The notes under the pieces: model-generated | What the model was told of the DNA's origin: nothing | Databases searched by the model: none | The model's input: only the letters and a program-made list of their open reading frames with translations | Program-made: the position numbers and the translations under genes | NCBI RefSeq assembly: GCF_000737315.1 | Contig: NZ_JMCB01000004.1 | Coordinates: 20,001 to 144,000, forward strand | Source: Hyalangium minutum | GTDB lineage: Bacteria > Myxococcota > Myxococcia > Myxococcales > Myxococcaceae | Direction: 5' to 3' | DNA length: 124,000 bases | Part shown: positions 30,948 through 43,600 of the stretch, one piece after another | Layout: every line of letters begins with the position of its first letter | Position numbering within the stretch: the first letter of the stretch is position 1

Positions 30948-31916
30948 ATGGATCGCAACCTGGCAATGGAGGCCGTGCGCGTCACCGAGATGGCGGCCAT
31001 CGCCTCCGCCCGTCTCATGGGCCGCGGCAGCAAGAACGAGTCGGATCAGGCCGCCGTGGACGCCATGCGCCGCGCCTTCGACGCCCTCTTCATCGACGGC
31101 ACCGTCGTCATCGGCGAGGGCGAGCGCGATGAGGCCCCCATGCTCTACATCGGCGAGCGCGTCGGCCGGCGCACCGAGGGCGTCCCCGAGGTGGACATCG
31201 CCCTGGACCCGCTGGAGGGCACCAACCTCGCCGCCTATGGCCGCCCCGGCGCCATCTCCGTGGTCGCCATGGCCAGCAAGGGCAACCTCCTCAACGCCCC
31301 GGATACCTATATGGAGAAGATCGCGGTGGGCCCGCGCGCCAAGGGTGCCATCGATCTGCGCCGCACCCCCACCGAGAACCTCCGTGCCGTCGCGGAGCGG
31401 CAGAAGGTCTATGTGGAGGATCTCACCGTGGTCATCCTCGACCGCGAGCGGCACGTGGACCTCATCAAGGAGGTCCGCGCCGCGGGCGCCCGCATCCGCC
31501 TCATCGAGGACGGCGACGTGGCCGGCGCCATCTCCACCTGCTTCGAGGAGACCGGTGTGGACGTGCTGATGGGCATCGGCGGCGCCCCCGAAGGCGTCAT
31601 CGCCGCGGCGGCGGTGCGCTGCGTGGGCGGCGACATGCAGGGCCGCCTCGTGCCGCGCAACCAGGGCGAGATTGACCGCGCCAAGAAGATGGGCATCACC
31701 GACATCACCAAGATCTACGCCGCCGATGAGCTGGCCAGGGGCGAGGTGATGTTTGCCGCCACCGGCGTCACCTCGGGCGACTTCCTCAAGGGCGTGCGCT
31801 TCTTCGGCGGCGGCTGTGAGACGCACTCCGTCGTCATGCGCAGCAAGACGGGCACCGTTCGTTTCGTGCAATCCGTCCACAAGTTCGACAAGAAGCCGGG
31901 GTACTCTGCGTTCTAG
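30948..31916 (+). CDS. glpX: Fructose-1,6-bisphosphatase class II
   Basis: VVIGEGERDEAPMLYIGE, DPLEGT, DTYMEK and DGDVAG. Confidence 0.97.
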   Translation: MDRNLAMEAVRVTEMAAIASARLMGRGSKNESDQAAVDAMRRAFDALFIDGTVVIGEGERDEAPMLYIGERVGRRTEGVPEVDIALDPLEGTNLAAYGRPGAISVVAMASKGNLLNAPDTYMEKIAVGPRAKGAIDLRRTPTENLRAVAERQKVYVEDLTVVILDRERHVDLIKEVRAAGARIRLIEDGDVAGAISTCFEETGVDVLMGIGGAPEGVIAAAAVRCVGGDMQGRLVPRNQGEIDRAKKMGITDITKIYAADELARGEVMFAATGVTSGDFLKGVRFFGGGCETHSVVMRSKTGTVRFVQSVHKFDKKPGYSAF

Positions 31917-31952
31917 CTGCAGGCTTCCCCCTCACCCCGTCCGGAGAGTTCC

Positions 31953-32378
31953 ATGGCAGGCGCTACCCGCTCGATCATCATCAACGCCCCCATCGAGAAG
32001 GTGTTCGACGTCATCACCCAATACGAGAAGTACGGCGAGTTCCTCTCCGAGGTGAAGGAAGTGAAGACCTCGGGGCGCCAGGGCAATGAGGTCAACGTCC
32101 ACTACAAGGTCGATGTGGTGAAGACCATCAAGTACACCATCCGCGTCAAGGAGGAGCGCCCCACTCGCATGTCCTGGACCTTCGTGGACGGCGAGTTCAT
32201 GAAGGACAACAAGGGCAGCTGGGTGCTCGAGCCCGCGGGCGAAGGGAAGACCAAGGGCACCTACACCGTGGAGATGGCGCTCGGTGCCCTGGTCCCCAAG
32301 GCCGTCGTCAACGCCCTGGTCGACACCTCCCTCCCCAAGATGCTGGAGGCCTTCAAGCGCAGGGCGGAGACCCCCTGA
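31953..32378 (+). CDS. SRPBCC / polyketide-cyclase (START-like) protein
   Basis: APIEKVFDVI..YEKYGEFL and a G.W.L pattern. Confidence 0.85.
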   Translation: MAGATRSIIINAPIEKVFDVITQYEKYGEFLSEVKEVKTSGRQGNEVNVHYKVDVVKTIKYTIRVKEERPTRMSWTFVDGEFMKDNKGSWVLEPAGEGKTKGTYTVEMALGALVPKAVVNALVDTSLPKMLEAFKRRAETP

Positions 32379-32747
32379 GCGCCTCCTCGGCCCTTCCTGT
32401 GCCCTGGATGTCATACCTGTACCCACCCTGGGCAAGAGGGCAGGCGAGCCTCGTCCAGGGGTTGCCACGTTGAATGGTCGAGGCTTCACCGCTGGTTGGA
32501 CGGCTTGCGGGTTGCCACGACTGCATTAGAATCAACGTACCCAGTGGCAGAAGGTCGAGCGCCAACCATGACATCCCTGACACAGGGGTGTGGCTTCGAT
32601 GTCGGTGCGGTGGACAGGCAACCGGGCCCGGTAGCAAGGTTGTACCCCCGCAGTGTTGGGGGACCTACCTTTGCATGCGAGAGCACCGGAGCCGGGGCGA
32701 GGTGGCGGGCGTACACCGGGGTATGTAGGCTGAGGGAGAGCAAACCC

Positions 32748-32921
32748 ATGCTGGACGCCTTCATCATCGAAGAGATCAAGCGCCGGGAGCGCAGCCGCGA
32801 GGAGCGCGAGCGCCCTGCCGTGGAGTTGCCGCTACCGGCTCCTCCGGATCGTCCGCGCCGTCGCACGGAGACGGACGACGAGGAGAAGCCGCCTCGCGGT
32901 GTCGTCGTCATTGACCTCTGA
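32748..32921 (+). CDS. Small charged hypothetical protein (57 aa)
   Basis: ATG after a GGGAG SD. Sequence: MLDAFIIEEIKRRE...PRGVVVIDL. Confidence 0.65.
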   Translation: MLDAFIIEEIKRRERSREERERPAVELPLPAPPDRPRRRTETDDEEKPPRGVVVIDL

Positions 32922-33037
32922 AGCCGGCTCCTTCGGCTTCAGCGTGGCTCTGAGCCCGCGGCAGGTGTCCCCTCGGGGACTGCCTCCCGCGGGCTTCGTG
33001 CGTTCAGGGGCTGCGCTGGCTTCTCAGTCCTGGCCGC

Positions 33038-34201
33038 TCAGTCCTGCACGAGGGCGAGCAAGTGCCGCGGGTGGTAGAGGTTCCACAGCGGCCCGCGCAC
33101 GGTGTTCATGGACTCGAGGACGAGCTGCTTCCACTCGGCGGGGATGGCGCTCTCTCCGTAGAAGGCGCCCAGGAGCGCGCCGGTGATGGCGCCGTGCGCG
33201 TCTGCGTCCGCCCCCCGGTTCGCCACGTCCACCAGCGCGGCCTCGAGGCTGGGGGCGTGCAGCAGCTCCCAGAAGGCCAGCCGGAAGGCGATGCGCACGT
33301 GGCCGTGGTGGCGGTGCAGGTGCAGCTCCGGTCCGTAGAGCATGGGGTTCTGTTGCTGCGCTGCCTCCAGGTCCGCCCAGAGCAGGGACTTGGCGAACGA
33401 CACCTCTTCCACGTAGTCGGACAGCGAGCGGGCCAGCGCCGCCGCGCCAATGGAGAGCCCCTTCTGCGCGGCGATGAGGAGGTCCGAGGGCTGGAGCTTG
33501 TCGCCGCCGGTGATGGCCCTGGCGATGGCCTCGTTCAGGGCCACGCAGGCGAGCTGGCAGCGCGGATCGTAGTGGGTGAGGGCGGAGTCGTCGAACGAGG
33601 CCTGAAGGCGGGCCGCATCATCCTTGGCGAAGAAGACGCCGATGGGGGCCGTGCGCGCCAGGCTGCTGTTGGTGCAGGAGCGGCGGAAGCCTCGGATCCA
33701 CACGCGACGCCCCGAGGTGAGCGCGGGCATGCCTGCGTCCATCTCGTTGAGCACCTCGCGCATCGGATCGCTCATGTCGAAGGCGACGGGCTTCCAGGCG
33801 CGGTAGCGGCGGACGACGTCCGAGGCGTTGTAGCTCTTCACCTCTTTCAGGCTCCAGGCAATGCAGCACGCCATGTGCGTCTCGTCCGTCACCTGGCCCT
33901 TGCGCAGCTCCACCACCGGAGGAGGCAGCTCGCCGTTTTCGGGGATCCCCTCGGGGAAGTCCTCGTAGTTGGCCGTCATGGGATCCTGGGGGATCCGGGA
34001 CTTGAACTTGCCGCCCATGGGCATGCGGCGCATGCCGTCCGCCAGCTGGGGGAAGAGGGGGGCCAGGAGGTTGCGGCCTCGCATGGGCGCCCCGAGCGCG
34101 TCCCCTACGGCCAGGCCCAGCAGCGCACCTCGGCTCCGCTGGCCCGGGAGGGGATCCGGACCCTTCTGTTTCGGAGGTGGTCGGCGCGGCGGGGGAGGCA
34201 T
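33038..34201 (-). CDS. ADP-ribosylglycohydrolase family protein
   Basis: GALLGLAVGDALG, TDETHM and DADAHGAITGALLGA. Confidence 0.92.
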   Translation of the reverse strand: MPPPPRRPPPKQKGPDPLPGQRSRGALLGLAVGDALGAPMRGRNLLAPLFPQLADGMRRMPMGGKFKSRIPQDPMTANYEDFPEGIPENGELPPPVVELRKGQVTDETHMACCIAWSLKEVKSYNASDVVRRYRAWKPVAFDMSDPMREVLNEMDAGMPALTSGRRVWIRGFRRSCTNSSLARTAPIGVFFAKDDAARLQASFDDSALTHYDPRCQLACVALNEAIARAITGGDKLQPSDLLIAAQKGLSIGAAALARSLSDYVEEVSFAKSLLWADLEAAQQQNPMLYGPELHLHRHHGHVRIAFRLAFWELLHAPSLEAALVDVANRGADADAHGAITGALLGAFYGESAIPAEWKQLVLESMNTVRGPLWNLYHPRHLLALVQD

Positions 34202-34241
34202 GGGCAGGGGGTGGACGGGCCTTCAGGGGTGGACACTGTAG

Positions 34242-35594
<1,353 letters not shown>

Positions 35595-35600
35595 GGCGAC

Positions 35601-36389
35601 GTGACCCAGGCCCGACGCCCTCGCATCCTGGTCTCCAATGATGATGGGTACTTCTCGGACGGGCTGAAGGCGCTGGTCGAGGCCGTCAGCCCGCTCGGGG
35701 AGGTGTGGGTGGTGGCGCCGGACCGCGAGCAGAGCGCGGCCTCGCACGCCATCTCCCTGCACCGCCCCCTGCGCATCAAGGAGATCCGCGAGCGCTGGTT
35801 TGCCGTGGATGGCACCCCTGCGGACAGCGCTTATCTGGCGATCAACCACCTCCTCAAGGATGATCGCCCCCAGCTCATGGTGTCTGGGATCAATCACGGC
35901 GCGAATCTGGCGGACGACGTCACCTACTCGGGGACCGTCGCCGCCGCCATGGAGGGGGCCCTGCTTGGGGTGCCCTCCATCGCGTTCAGCCTCGCCTCCC
36001 ACGCGCCGTTCGACTTCAAACCCGCGGCCCGGTTCGCCCGTGCGATCGTGGCCGAGGCCCTGTCGCGGACGCTGCCTCCGCGGATGCTGTTGAACGTGAA
36101 CATCCCCGGCGGCGTGGAGCCGGAGGGCTACGTCGTCACCCGGCTCGGGCGGCACAGCTACGGCTATGCCGTGACCGAGAACGTCGATCCGCGGGGCAAG
36201 AAGTACTACTGGATCGGCGGCAGCGAGTACGAGCACGAGGACATCCCCGGCAGCGACTGCAACGCCGTCCACCTGGACAAGCGCGTCTCCGTCACGCCGC
36301 TGCACCTCGATTTGACCGATCACAGCCGGCTCTCCGATCTCGCGGGGTGGACGATCGAGGGCTTCCGGCGCTCCGGGTCGGGTGGGTGA
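35601..36389 (+). CDS. surE: 5'/3'-nucleotidase SurE
   Basis: ILVSNDDG, DGTPAD and SGINHGANL...YSGTVAAA. Confidence 0.97.
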   Translation: MTQARRPRILVSNDDGYFSDGLKALVEAVSPLGEVWVVAPDREQSAASHAISLHRPLRIKEIRERWFAVDGTPADSAYLAINHLLKDDRPQLMVSGINHGANLADDVTYSGTVAAAMEGALLGVPSIAFSLASHAPFDFKPAARFARAIVAEALSRTLPPRMLLNVNIPGGVEPEGYVVTRLGRHSYGYAVTENVDPRGKKYYWIGGSEYEHEDIPGSDCNAVHLDKRVSVTPLHLDLTDHSRLSDLAGWTIEGFRRSGSGG

Positions 36390-37357
36390 GGTTGGCTGGC
36401 CGGTGTCTCAGCCGAGCGGGCTTGGCGCTCCTCCTGGTTCTCGGCGCCACCGGGTGTGCCAGCTCTCAGTCTGCCTCGCGCCCCCGAGGGCTCGAGGCAC
36501 CGCCGTCTCCCTCGGAGGTTGAGGCACGGGCTCCCGCGAAGGGAACCGCGCCTGCTCCCGGGGCCTCTGCCTCCGCGTCATCGGCCTCTCTGCCCATCAC
36601 CTTGCGGGCCGCGCATCCCGAGCCGGAGCTTCTCACCGTCCGTCACAAGGTGGCGCCCGGAGAGACGGTGTTCCGCATTGCTCGCTCGTATGGCGTCACT
36701 GTGGACGACTTGAAGGCCGCCAATGGCATCAAGGATCCCCGGAGCCTCTCCGTGGGACAGGAGCTGCTCATCCCCACCGTGCCTCCCGAGGACGAGGCAC
36801 CTGAGCCCCCAGATGAGCCTCACGTGGAGCCCGATGTGGGGCCCGCGCCGGGGAAGGGTGGGGCGCCTCGGGTTGTCGTGGGCCGGGATGATCTGCCGCC
36901 TCGGCCTCGTCTGCAGGAGAAGCCCACGCCTCCTCGGAAGGGGGGCAAGGCCTCGCGGCCCGAGCCAGCGACCAAGGGGATGCTCGACTGGCCGTTCCGA
37001 GGCGTGCTGTACGGCCGCTTTGGCAAGAAGGGCCGCGAGCCCCACGACGGCATCGACCTGGCGGCCCCGGCGGGAACTCCGGTCCAGACGGCCCAGGAGG
37101 GCACTGTCCTCTATGCGGGCGAGCAGAAGGGTTACGGCCTCATCGTCATCGTCCAGCACCCCAACGGCCTCATTACGCTCTACGCCCACAACCGGGATCT
37201 GCGAGTGAAGACCGGGCAGACCGTGCGTCGCTCCCAGGTAGTGGCCACGGTGGGAGAGTCCGGGCGGACGTCGGGTCCCCACTGCCACTTCGAGGTCCGC
37301 CTGGAGGGCAAGCCCGTGGACCCGCTGGACTACCTCGGGCCTCTCCCGTCCTCCTGA
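36386..37357 (+). CDS. nlpD: LysM-M23 lipoprotein (NlpD-like)
   Basis: Lipobox ATGC, LysM domain, HDGIDL, YAHN and GPHCHFE; follows surE as nlpD usually does. Confidence 0.8.
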   Translation: MRLAGRCLSRAGLALLLVLGATGCASSQSASRPRGLEAPPSPSEVEARAPAKGTAPAPGASASASSASLPITLRAAHPEPELLTVRHKVAPGETVFRIARSYGVTVDDLKAANGIKDPRSLSVGQELLIPTVPPEDEAPEPPDEPHVEPDVGPAPGKGGAPRVVVGRDDLPPRPRLQEKPTPPRKGGKASRPEPATKGMLDWPFRGVLYGRFGKKGREPHDGIDLAAPAGTPVQTAQEGTVLYAGEQKGYGLIVIVQHPNGLITLYAHNRDLRVKTGQTVRRSQVVATVGESGRTSGPHCHFEVRLEGKPVDPLDYLGPLPSS

Positions 37358-37414
37358 GGCAGGCAGGCGGGGAGGGGGATGGCTCTCGGCGCCGATTCTC
37401 CTAGAGTGTCGCCG

Positions 37415-38635
37415 GTGAAGCGCCTTAGCCCCCTGATCTTCCTCTCGCTGCTGCTCTCGACGGCTGCCTGGGCCCAGACCCCTGCTCCCGCCGAGGAGCC
37501 GGCGTCCTCGTCCGCTTCTCTTGCCGCGCCTGTCGCGCCCGCAGCGCCTCCCGAGGCTGCTCCCGCGACGCCTCCGGCTGAAGCTCCTGCGGCTGAAGCT
37601 CCTGCGGCAGTGGCACCTCCCGCTGCCACGGCGGCCCCCGAGCAGAAGCCTGCGTCCGAGAAGAAGCCGTCCGACGCCTCGCCGTTGCCCACCGTGGCCG
37701 TGCTCGCGCTCGAGTCCAACAAGGCAGCTCAGGAGGCCGCGCCCGGCATTGCCTCGCTCATCGCGAGCCGGCTTGCTGACTCTCCCAAGCTCAAGGTGCT
37801 CACCCAGCGGGACATCGAAACGATGCTGAGCACCGAGCGCCAGCGCCAGCTGCTGGGCTCTGGCTCGTGCTCCAGCAAAGGCCCCTGCCTCGAGGAGCTA
37901 TCGAACGCCATCGGCGCCCAGTATGTGGTGGCCGGGCGGCTGGACCGCTTCGGGGACAAGTACCTGCTCACCGTCAGCCTGCTCGACACGTTCTCGGGAC
38001 GCAGCCTGGCCCGGCCCGCCGCCGAGGCCCCCAGCACCGAGGATCTCCTCCAGGTTGCGGATGCCGTCGGAGAGCAGCTGCTCGCCGAGCTGGCGCCCGA
38101 GGGCGAGACGCGCGCGGCCCGGCCGCTATTCGGCAGCGCCAGGGAGACCCCCGGCGGTGGTCTCGTGCTGGGGTTGCGCATCAACAACAGCTTCATCTCC
38201 AACATCCAGGCCCTCAACCCCGGCGCGGACCTCGAGGTGGGCTATGCCTTCCATCCCGAGTGGGTGGGCTTCCTCCAGGTGGGCATCACCTTCATCCGGG
38301 CGAATGGCGATGAGAGCGAGTCCGGCCGTCTCCGCATCCTGCCCAGCCTGCTCGGGGCCCGTCATTACTACCGGCTGCAGCACGCCTTCCGGCCGTACTG
38401 GGGGCTGGGGCTCGGCGTGCAGCTCGCGTTCGGGCAGTTCGGCATCTTCGAGTCCACCGGCTCGCTGCCCACAGTGATCGGCTTCTTCGGCGCCGAGTAC
38501 CTCATTGGCGGCAAGTTCGGCATCCACCTCGAGGCCGGCACCAATCTCGCTCAGGCCACGCTGGGCCTCGCGGACAACGGGCTCGGGGATGGGCTCAACC
38601 TCGATCTCACCGCTGGCATCCTGTACCACTTCTGA
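37415..38635 (+). CDS. Secreted protein with a CsgG/FlgO-like domain and a C-terminal beta-barrel
   Basis: Signal peptide, Ala/Pro linker, VAVLAL...helix fold, alternating beta-strands ending in aromatic YHF. Confidence 0.6.
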   Translation: MKRLSPLIFLSLLLSTAAWAQTPAPAEEPASSSASLAAPVAPAAPPEAAPATPPAEAPAAEAPAAVAPPAATAAPEQKPASEKKPSDASPLPTVAVLALESNKAAQEAAPGIASLIASRLADSPKLKVLTQRDIETMLSTERQRQLLGSGSCSSKGPCLEELSNAIGAQYVVAGRLDRFGDKYLLTVSLLDTFSGRSLARPAAEAPSTEDLLQVADAVGEQLLAELAPEGETRAARPLFGSARETPGGGLVLGLRINNSFISNIQALNPGADLEVGYAFHPEWVGFLQVGITFIRANGDESESGRLRILPSLLGARHYYRLQHAFRPYWGLGLGVQLAFGQFGIFESTGSLPTVIGFFGAEYLIGGKFGIHLEAGTNLAQATLGLADNGLGDGLNLDLTAGILYHF

Positions 38636-38652
38636 AGTCTGGAGCCCCGTTT

Positions 38653-39792
38653 ATGCCTTCGCGCCTGCGCGCTCTGTCGCTGCTCGCCTTGCTCGCCACA
38701 GCGGCTTGTGACGACACGCCCAAGATCGATCCCAAGGACCGCGCTGAGGGCCTCTACGTGAAGGGCAATGCCGAGTATCTGCACGGCGACTTCGATCAGG
38801 CGCTCGCCTCGTTCGCGGAGATGAAGCAGCTGGCGCCCAATGACCCGCGCCTGCCCGCCGCCGTGGGCGAGGTCTACCTCTCCATGGGCAAGTACGCCGA
38901 GGCGCTCACCGAGTTCCAGGCGGCGCTGGCGCTCGATCCGAAGCGCTCCACCACCTGGAGCCGCATCGGCTTCATCCAGGCGCAGACGGGCAAGTACGAG
39001 GAGGCCATGAGCTCGCTGCGCAAGGCCATTGGCCTGTATCCCAAGGACTTCAACGCGCTGGAGCAGCTGGCGGAGATCCACCACAAGCGCGGAGAGAACG
39101 ACGAGGCCGTCCGCCACTTCACGCTCGCCGCCGAGGTCAGCCCCGAGAAGCTCAAGCCCGACTATCTGCTCAAGGCGGTGGAACTGCTCCAGCAGGACAG
39201 CCGGCACGCGGAGGCGCTCACCCTGTTGCAGAAGTGGGTGGGGCAGGGCGTTCGTACCTCTGAGGTGCTCTCGGTCTTTGGGGACGAGCAGGTGCGCGCC
39301 GGGAAGATGGACGAGGCGGCCGCCGCCTACAAAGAGGCCGCGCAGAAGTCGCCCAAGGATCCCTCGATGTGGGAGCTCGTCGGCCGCATCTACGCCAGTC
39401 AGGGCAAGAGCGCGGACGCGCTCGCGGCGTTCCGCGAGTCCCTCAAGGTGAAGGACCGCGCTCTGGTGCACGTGGCCATCGCGCAGCTCCACCTGGCTCA
39501 GAAGGACCGCAAGGCCGCCGAGGAGGAGCTGAGCAAGGCGCTGGAGACGGCTTCCGGCGAGGACGTGCGCGAGTTGATCGAGCTGTCGGAGCTGCTCGTG
39601 ACGATGGAGCGCAAGCCGGACGCGCTGCGCATCCTCAGCAACCTGGCCGCCGAGCCGGACAACGCGAACAACGAGGAGCTGCAGCTGCGCACTGCCCGGC
39701 TGGCGCGCGACCTGAAGGACACCGCGACCGTGAAGACCGCCTGCTCCCGCATCACCGGGAAAGACGGAGGCGGTGCCCCCGCCTGCCCGTAA
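38653..39792 (+). CDS. TPR-repeat lipoprotein
   Basis: Lipobox TAAC and multiple TPR helices. Confidence 0.85.
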   Translation: MPSRLRALSLLALLATAACDDTPKIDPKDRAEGLYVKGNAEYLHGDFDQALASFAEMKQLAPNDPRLPAAVGEVYLSMGKYAEALTEFQAALALDPKRSTTWSRIGFIQAQTGKYEEAMSSLRKAIGLYPKDFNALEQLAEIHHKRGENDEAVRHFTLAAEVSPEKLKPDYLLKAVELLQQDSRHAEALTLLQKWVGQGVRTSEVLSVFGDEQVRAGKMDEAAAAYKEAAQKSPKDPSMWELVGRIYASQGKSADALAAFRESLKVKDRALVHVAIAQLHLAQKDRKAAEEELSKALETASGEDVRELIELSELLVTMERKPDALRILSNLAAEPDNANNEELQLRTARLARDLKDTATVKTACSRITGKDGGGAPACP

Positions 39793-39804
39793 CTACCCGG
39801 GACG

Positions 39805-40467
39805 TCAGTTCCGCCCGCCGGGCAGCTTGCGGTACACGCCCACGACGATCCCCAACAGCATCGTCGAGCGGAAGTCCGCCTTGTTCACGTAGATGGGCTG
39901 CATGTCCTTGTTCGCCGGCTGGAACCGGATGCGCTCGCCCTCGGGGAAGTAGCGCTTCACCGTCGCCTCATCCTCGATGAGTGCCACGACGATGTCCCCC
40001 GGCTGCGCCGCCGGCGTCTTGCGCACGAACAGGTAGTCCCCGTCGTGGATGCCATCCTCGATCATCGACTGGCCCTTCACTCGAAGCGCGAACACCTCGC
40101 GGCCCGCGCCTCCAATGAGGAAGCTGTCGATCTTGACCGAGTCCTCCATGTTCTCCTGGGCCAGCAGCGGCGCGCCTGCCGCCACCTTGCCCAAGAGCGG
40201 CACGTCCACCAGCCCCGAGTCCTTCTTCGCCCCCAGCCCCAGTAGCATCCGCGCCCGCTTGGTCGGCACCAGCGACCGGCTCTGCTGCTCGCCCCGGTTC
40301 AGGTAACCCTTGCGCTCCAGCGCCTTGAGGTGATCGTTCACCCCGTTGGTCGAGCGGATGTCCATCTGCTCGCCAATCTCGCGGATGGTGGGGGGAAACC
40401 CTCGGGACTCCGTCTCCTTCACGATGAAGGTGAGAATCTCGCGCTGGCGCTCCGTTAGCTCTTCCAT
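39805..40467 (-). CDS. lexA: SOS repressor LexA
   Basis: [17 protein letters not shown], the VAAG cleavage site, GQSMIEDGI and ATVKR. Confidence 0.97.
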   Translation of the reverse strand: MEELTERQREILTFIVKETESRGFPPTIREIGEQMDIRSTNGVNDHLKALERKGYLNRGEQQSRSLVPTKRARMLLGLGAKKDSGLVDVPLLGKVAAGAPLLAQENMEDSVKIDSFLIGGAGREVFALRVKGQSMIEDGIHDGDYLFVRKTPAAQPGDIVVALIEDEATVKRYFPEGERIRFQPANKDMQPIYVNKADFRSTMLLGIVVGVYRKLPGGRN

Positions 40468-40540
40468 GCCTCACTCCCTCCCTCGGTGGGGGGCCCTGGC
40501 CGCTTTGGACCAGGGCAACAGGCTTTCAGTGTCCATGCTC

Positions 40541-40557
40541 CCTGAACAGGCGTGTAG
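40541..40557 (-). promoter_or_regulatory. Myxobacterial LexA (SOS) box
   Basis: The minus strand reads CTACACGCCTGTTCAGG, matching the M. xanthus consensus CTRHAMRYBYGTTCAGS at all positions, 74 nt upstream of lexA. Confidence 0.85.
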
Positions 40558-40673
40558 AGTCAATCGTTTCGAGCAGGCAGGCGAGCCGACCCTTCGGGTT
40601 GCCTCCTTCCCTTCAGGGCTCTGTGAGAGAACTTGAGGTTTCGCACTGATCTGGGCGTACAATTTCTCCCGTC

Positions 40674-43600
40674 TTGTCCGAGCTACGACACACCCTGCTT
40701 CTCGTCGATGACGAGGCGGATGTACTGGACATCCTCGTCCGGATGTTCCAGCGGCAGTACCGCGTCCTCACCGCCACCTCCGGTCAGGAGGCTCTGTCCA
40801 TCCTCCGGACCCAGACGGTAGATGTCCTCATCACCGACCAGCGCATGCCCGAGATGACGGGCATCGAGCTCGTGTCGGCCTCCCGCGCCGAGGGCATCGA
40901 CGTCACCACGTTGCTGCTCACCGGCTACACGGACCCCGAAGACATCATCGCCGCCATCAACCAGGGCCAGGTCTACCGCTACATCACCAAGCCCTGGGAG
41001 GTGAATGATCTCCTCATCACCGTGCGCAACGCGGTGGACTACACGCAGCTGCGCCGCGACAAGGAGCGGCTTCTGCGCCAGCTCCACCAGCGCGTCGAGG
41101 CCCTCTTCGTCCTCTACGAGGTGAGCCGCGCCAGTGCCTCGGACCCGCCGAGCTACGAGGCCATCATCGACCGCGTGCTCAGCGCCGTGGCCCGTGTGCT
41201 GCCGTACGACTGCGGCGCCGCGCTCATTGCCCCGGATGACGCGCGCTCGGCCATCCTGCGTCTGCGTTGTCTGGGAACCGTGGGCGAGAAGGCCCTGCTG
41301 GGTGTGAAAGAGTCCATGCTCGGAGCCTACCGCCGCAGCTCCGGCCAGCTCCTGCCCGAGGACCGGCTCACCACCCGCGTCACTGGCACCATCACCCAGG
41401 ACTCCAGCGCTCCGGCCGTCTACCCGAGCCAGGTCACCGTCAGCCTCGTGGCCGGCGGCAAGCCCGTGGGCATGCTGTCGCTGTTCTCTCAGAACCCTCA
41501 GGCGTTCAGCGAGGACGATGGCGTGCTCTTGGACACGCTGGCCAACCAGACCGCAGACGCCATCCAGTCCCTGCGCGCCGTGGAGGAAGAGGCCCGCCGC
41601 CGCATCGAGCGCATGGTCGAGTCCATGGCCGACGGCGTGCTCCTCACCGATGAGGCGGACGCTATCGTCGTCATCAACCCCGCCGCACGGCGCCTGCTGC
41701 GCCTGGGCGAGGACGTGGGCACGCTCACCGGCCGCATGTTGGAGGAGCGCCTGGGTTTCGAGCCTTCCGAGCTCATTCGCGGCTGGGAGTACAGCGGCTC
41801 GCAGGTGCTCGAAGAAGAGGTCGAGCTGTTCGAGCGCCACATCCAGTGCACCGTCACCCCAGTGAATGACGCTCGCGGCACCGTGCGCGGTGTCTGCGTG
41901 GTGCTGCGCGACGTCACCGAGCAGAAGGTGCTCGAGGAGCGCAAGGACGAGTTCGTCTCCATGGTGAGCCACGAGCTGCGCACCCCGCTCACGTCCATCT
42001 CCGGCGCGCTGGACCTGGTGCTCAACTTCCTCGCGGGCCCCATCAACGAGAAGCAGCAGAAGTACCTGGCGATGGCCAAGGACTCCACCGAGAAGCTCAA
42101 CACCCTGGTGGATGACCTGCTGGATCTGGCCAAGTTCGCCAAGGGCCGGCTGCAGATGAACTTCGAGCTGACGTACCTCGACGAGCTGGTCCGCCGCGCC
42201 GTCGAGAAGTACGGCCCCGCCTTCCAGGAGCGGCGGGTGAAGGTGAACACCGCGCTGCCCCAGTACGGCTTGCGCGTCATGGCCGATCCCAACCGCGTCA
42301 ACCAGGTGCTCAACAACCTGCTGACCAACGCGGCCAAGTTCACCCCCGAGGGCGGCGAAGTCACCCTGGAGCTGCGCGCCACCTCGTCCCTGCCGGGCTT
42401 CGTGTCGCTGTCCTGCTGGAACAGCGGCGAGCCCATCGCCGACGAGAACCTCGAGCGCATCTTCGACCGCTTCGAGCAGGCCCGCACCCCGTCCAATCGC
42501 ACCGTGCGTGGCACTGGCCTGGGGCTCGCCATCTGCCGCCACATCGTCGAGGCCCACGGTGGCCGCATCTGGTGCGAGCCCAGCGTCCAGGGCGTGCGCT
42601 TCGTCACCGTGCTCCCCGTGGAGCCTCCCCAGGAGCTGCTCCGTCCCGACGCCAACGAGATCCCTTATCAGGCCCGCAAGCTCGATTCGCGCGGCCGGGT
42701 GCTCGTCATCGAGGGCGAGGTGGAGCTCGCCTACATCATCAAGGCGCTGCTGCTCGGGCGCGGATATGCGGTGCACATCGCCAGCACCGCCGAGGAGGGC
42801 ATCCAAGCCGCTCGGCGCCACCACCCGGACGCCGTCCTCGTGGCCGTGCGCCTGCCCGACGTGGACGGACTGCGCCTCACCGAGATCCTCCGGCACGATC
42901 CCGACACCCGGCGCACGCCGCTGCTCGTGAACTCCTCGTTCGATGAGCGCCAGCGCGCGTTCCGCTCGGGCGCGGACGCCTTCCTGTTGCGGCCCCTCAT
43001 GGTGGACAAGCTCCTGGCCACCGTGGACTCGCTGGTGCGCGGCCGCACCGGCCAGCAGCATGGCCGCGTGCTCGTCGTGGACGACGACGCGAAGATCGGC
43101 AGCATCTGCGGCGAGGTGCTCGCCAGCCTCGGGTTTGAAGTGACGGTGGTCGGCTCGCTCGAGGAGGCCCGGAAGATTCTCCGCGAGCGCCGCCCGGACG
43201 TCGTCCTCCTGGACGTGACGCTGCCGGACGGCGACGGCTTCGTCTTCATCGAGGAGATCAAGGCCGAGCGCGCCAGCGGCCACATCTCCGTCATCTTCCT
43301 GTCGGCCCGCGCGGAGACGGCCTCGAAGATCCGCGCCCTCAAGCTGGGCGGCGACGACTACATCACCAAGCCCTTCGATGCCCTGGAACTGGGCGCTCGC
43401 GTGGAGAGCGTGCTGCGCCGCAAGGAGCAGGAGCTGTCGGCCTCGCCCACCACGCAGCTGCCGGGCTCCAATGCCATCGAGCGCGAGGTGCAGCGCCGCC
43501 TCATGGCCCGCAAGCCCTTCGCCTTCTGCTACCTCGATCTCGACAACCTCAAGGCCTACAACGACTACTACGGCTTCGCGAAGGCCGATGGTGTCGTGCG

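Noticed and set aside
32503-32518. Sigma54 promoter on the minus strand (TGGCAAC-CCGC-AAGC)
   Set aside because: The -12 element is poor and it points antisense into the SRPBCC gene.
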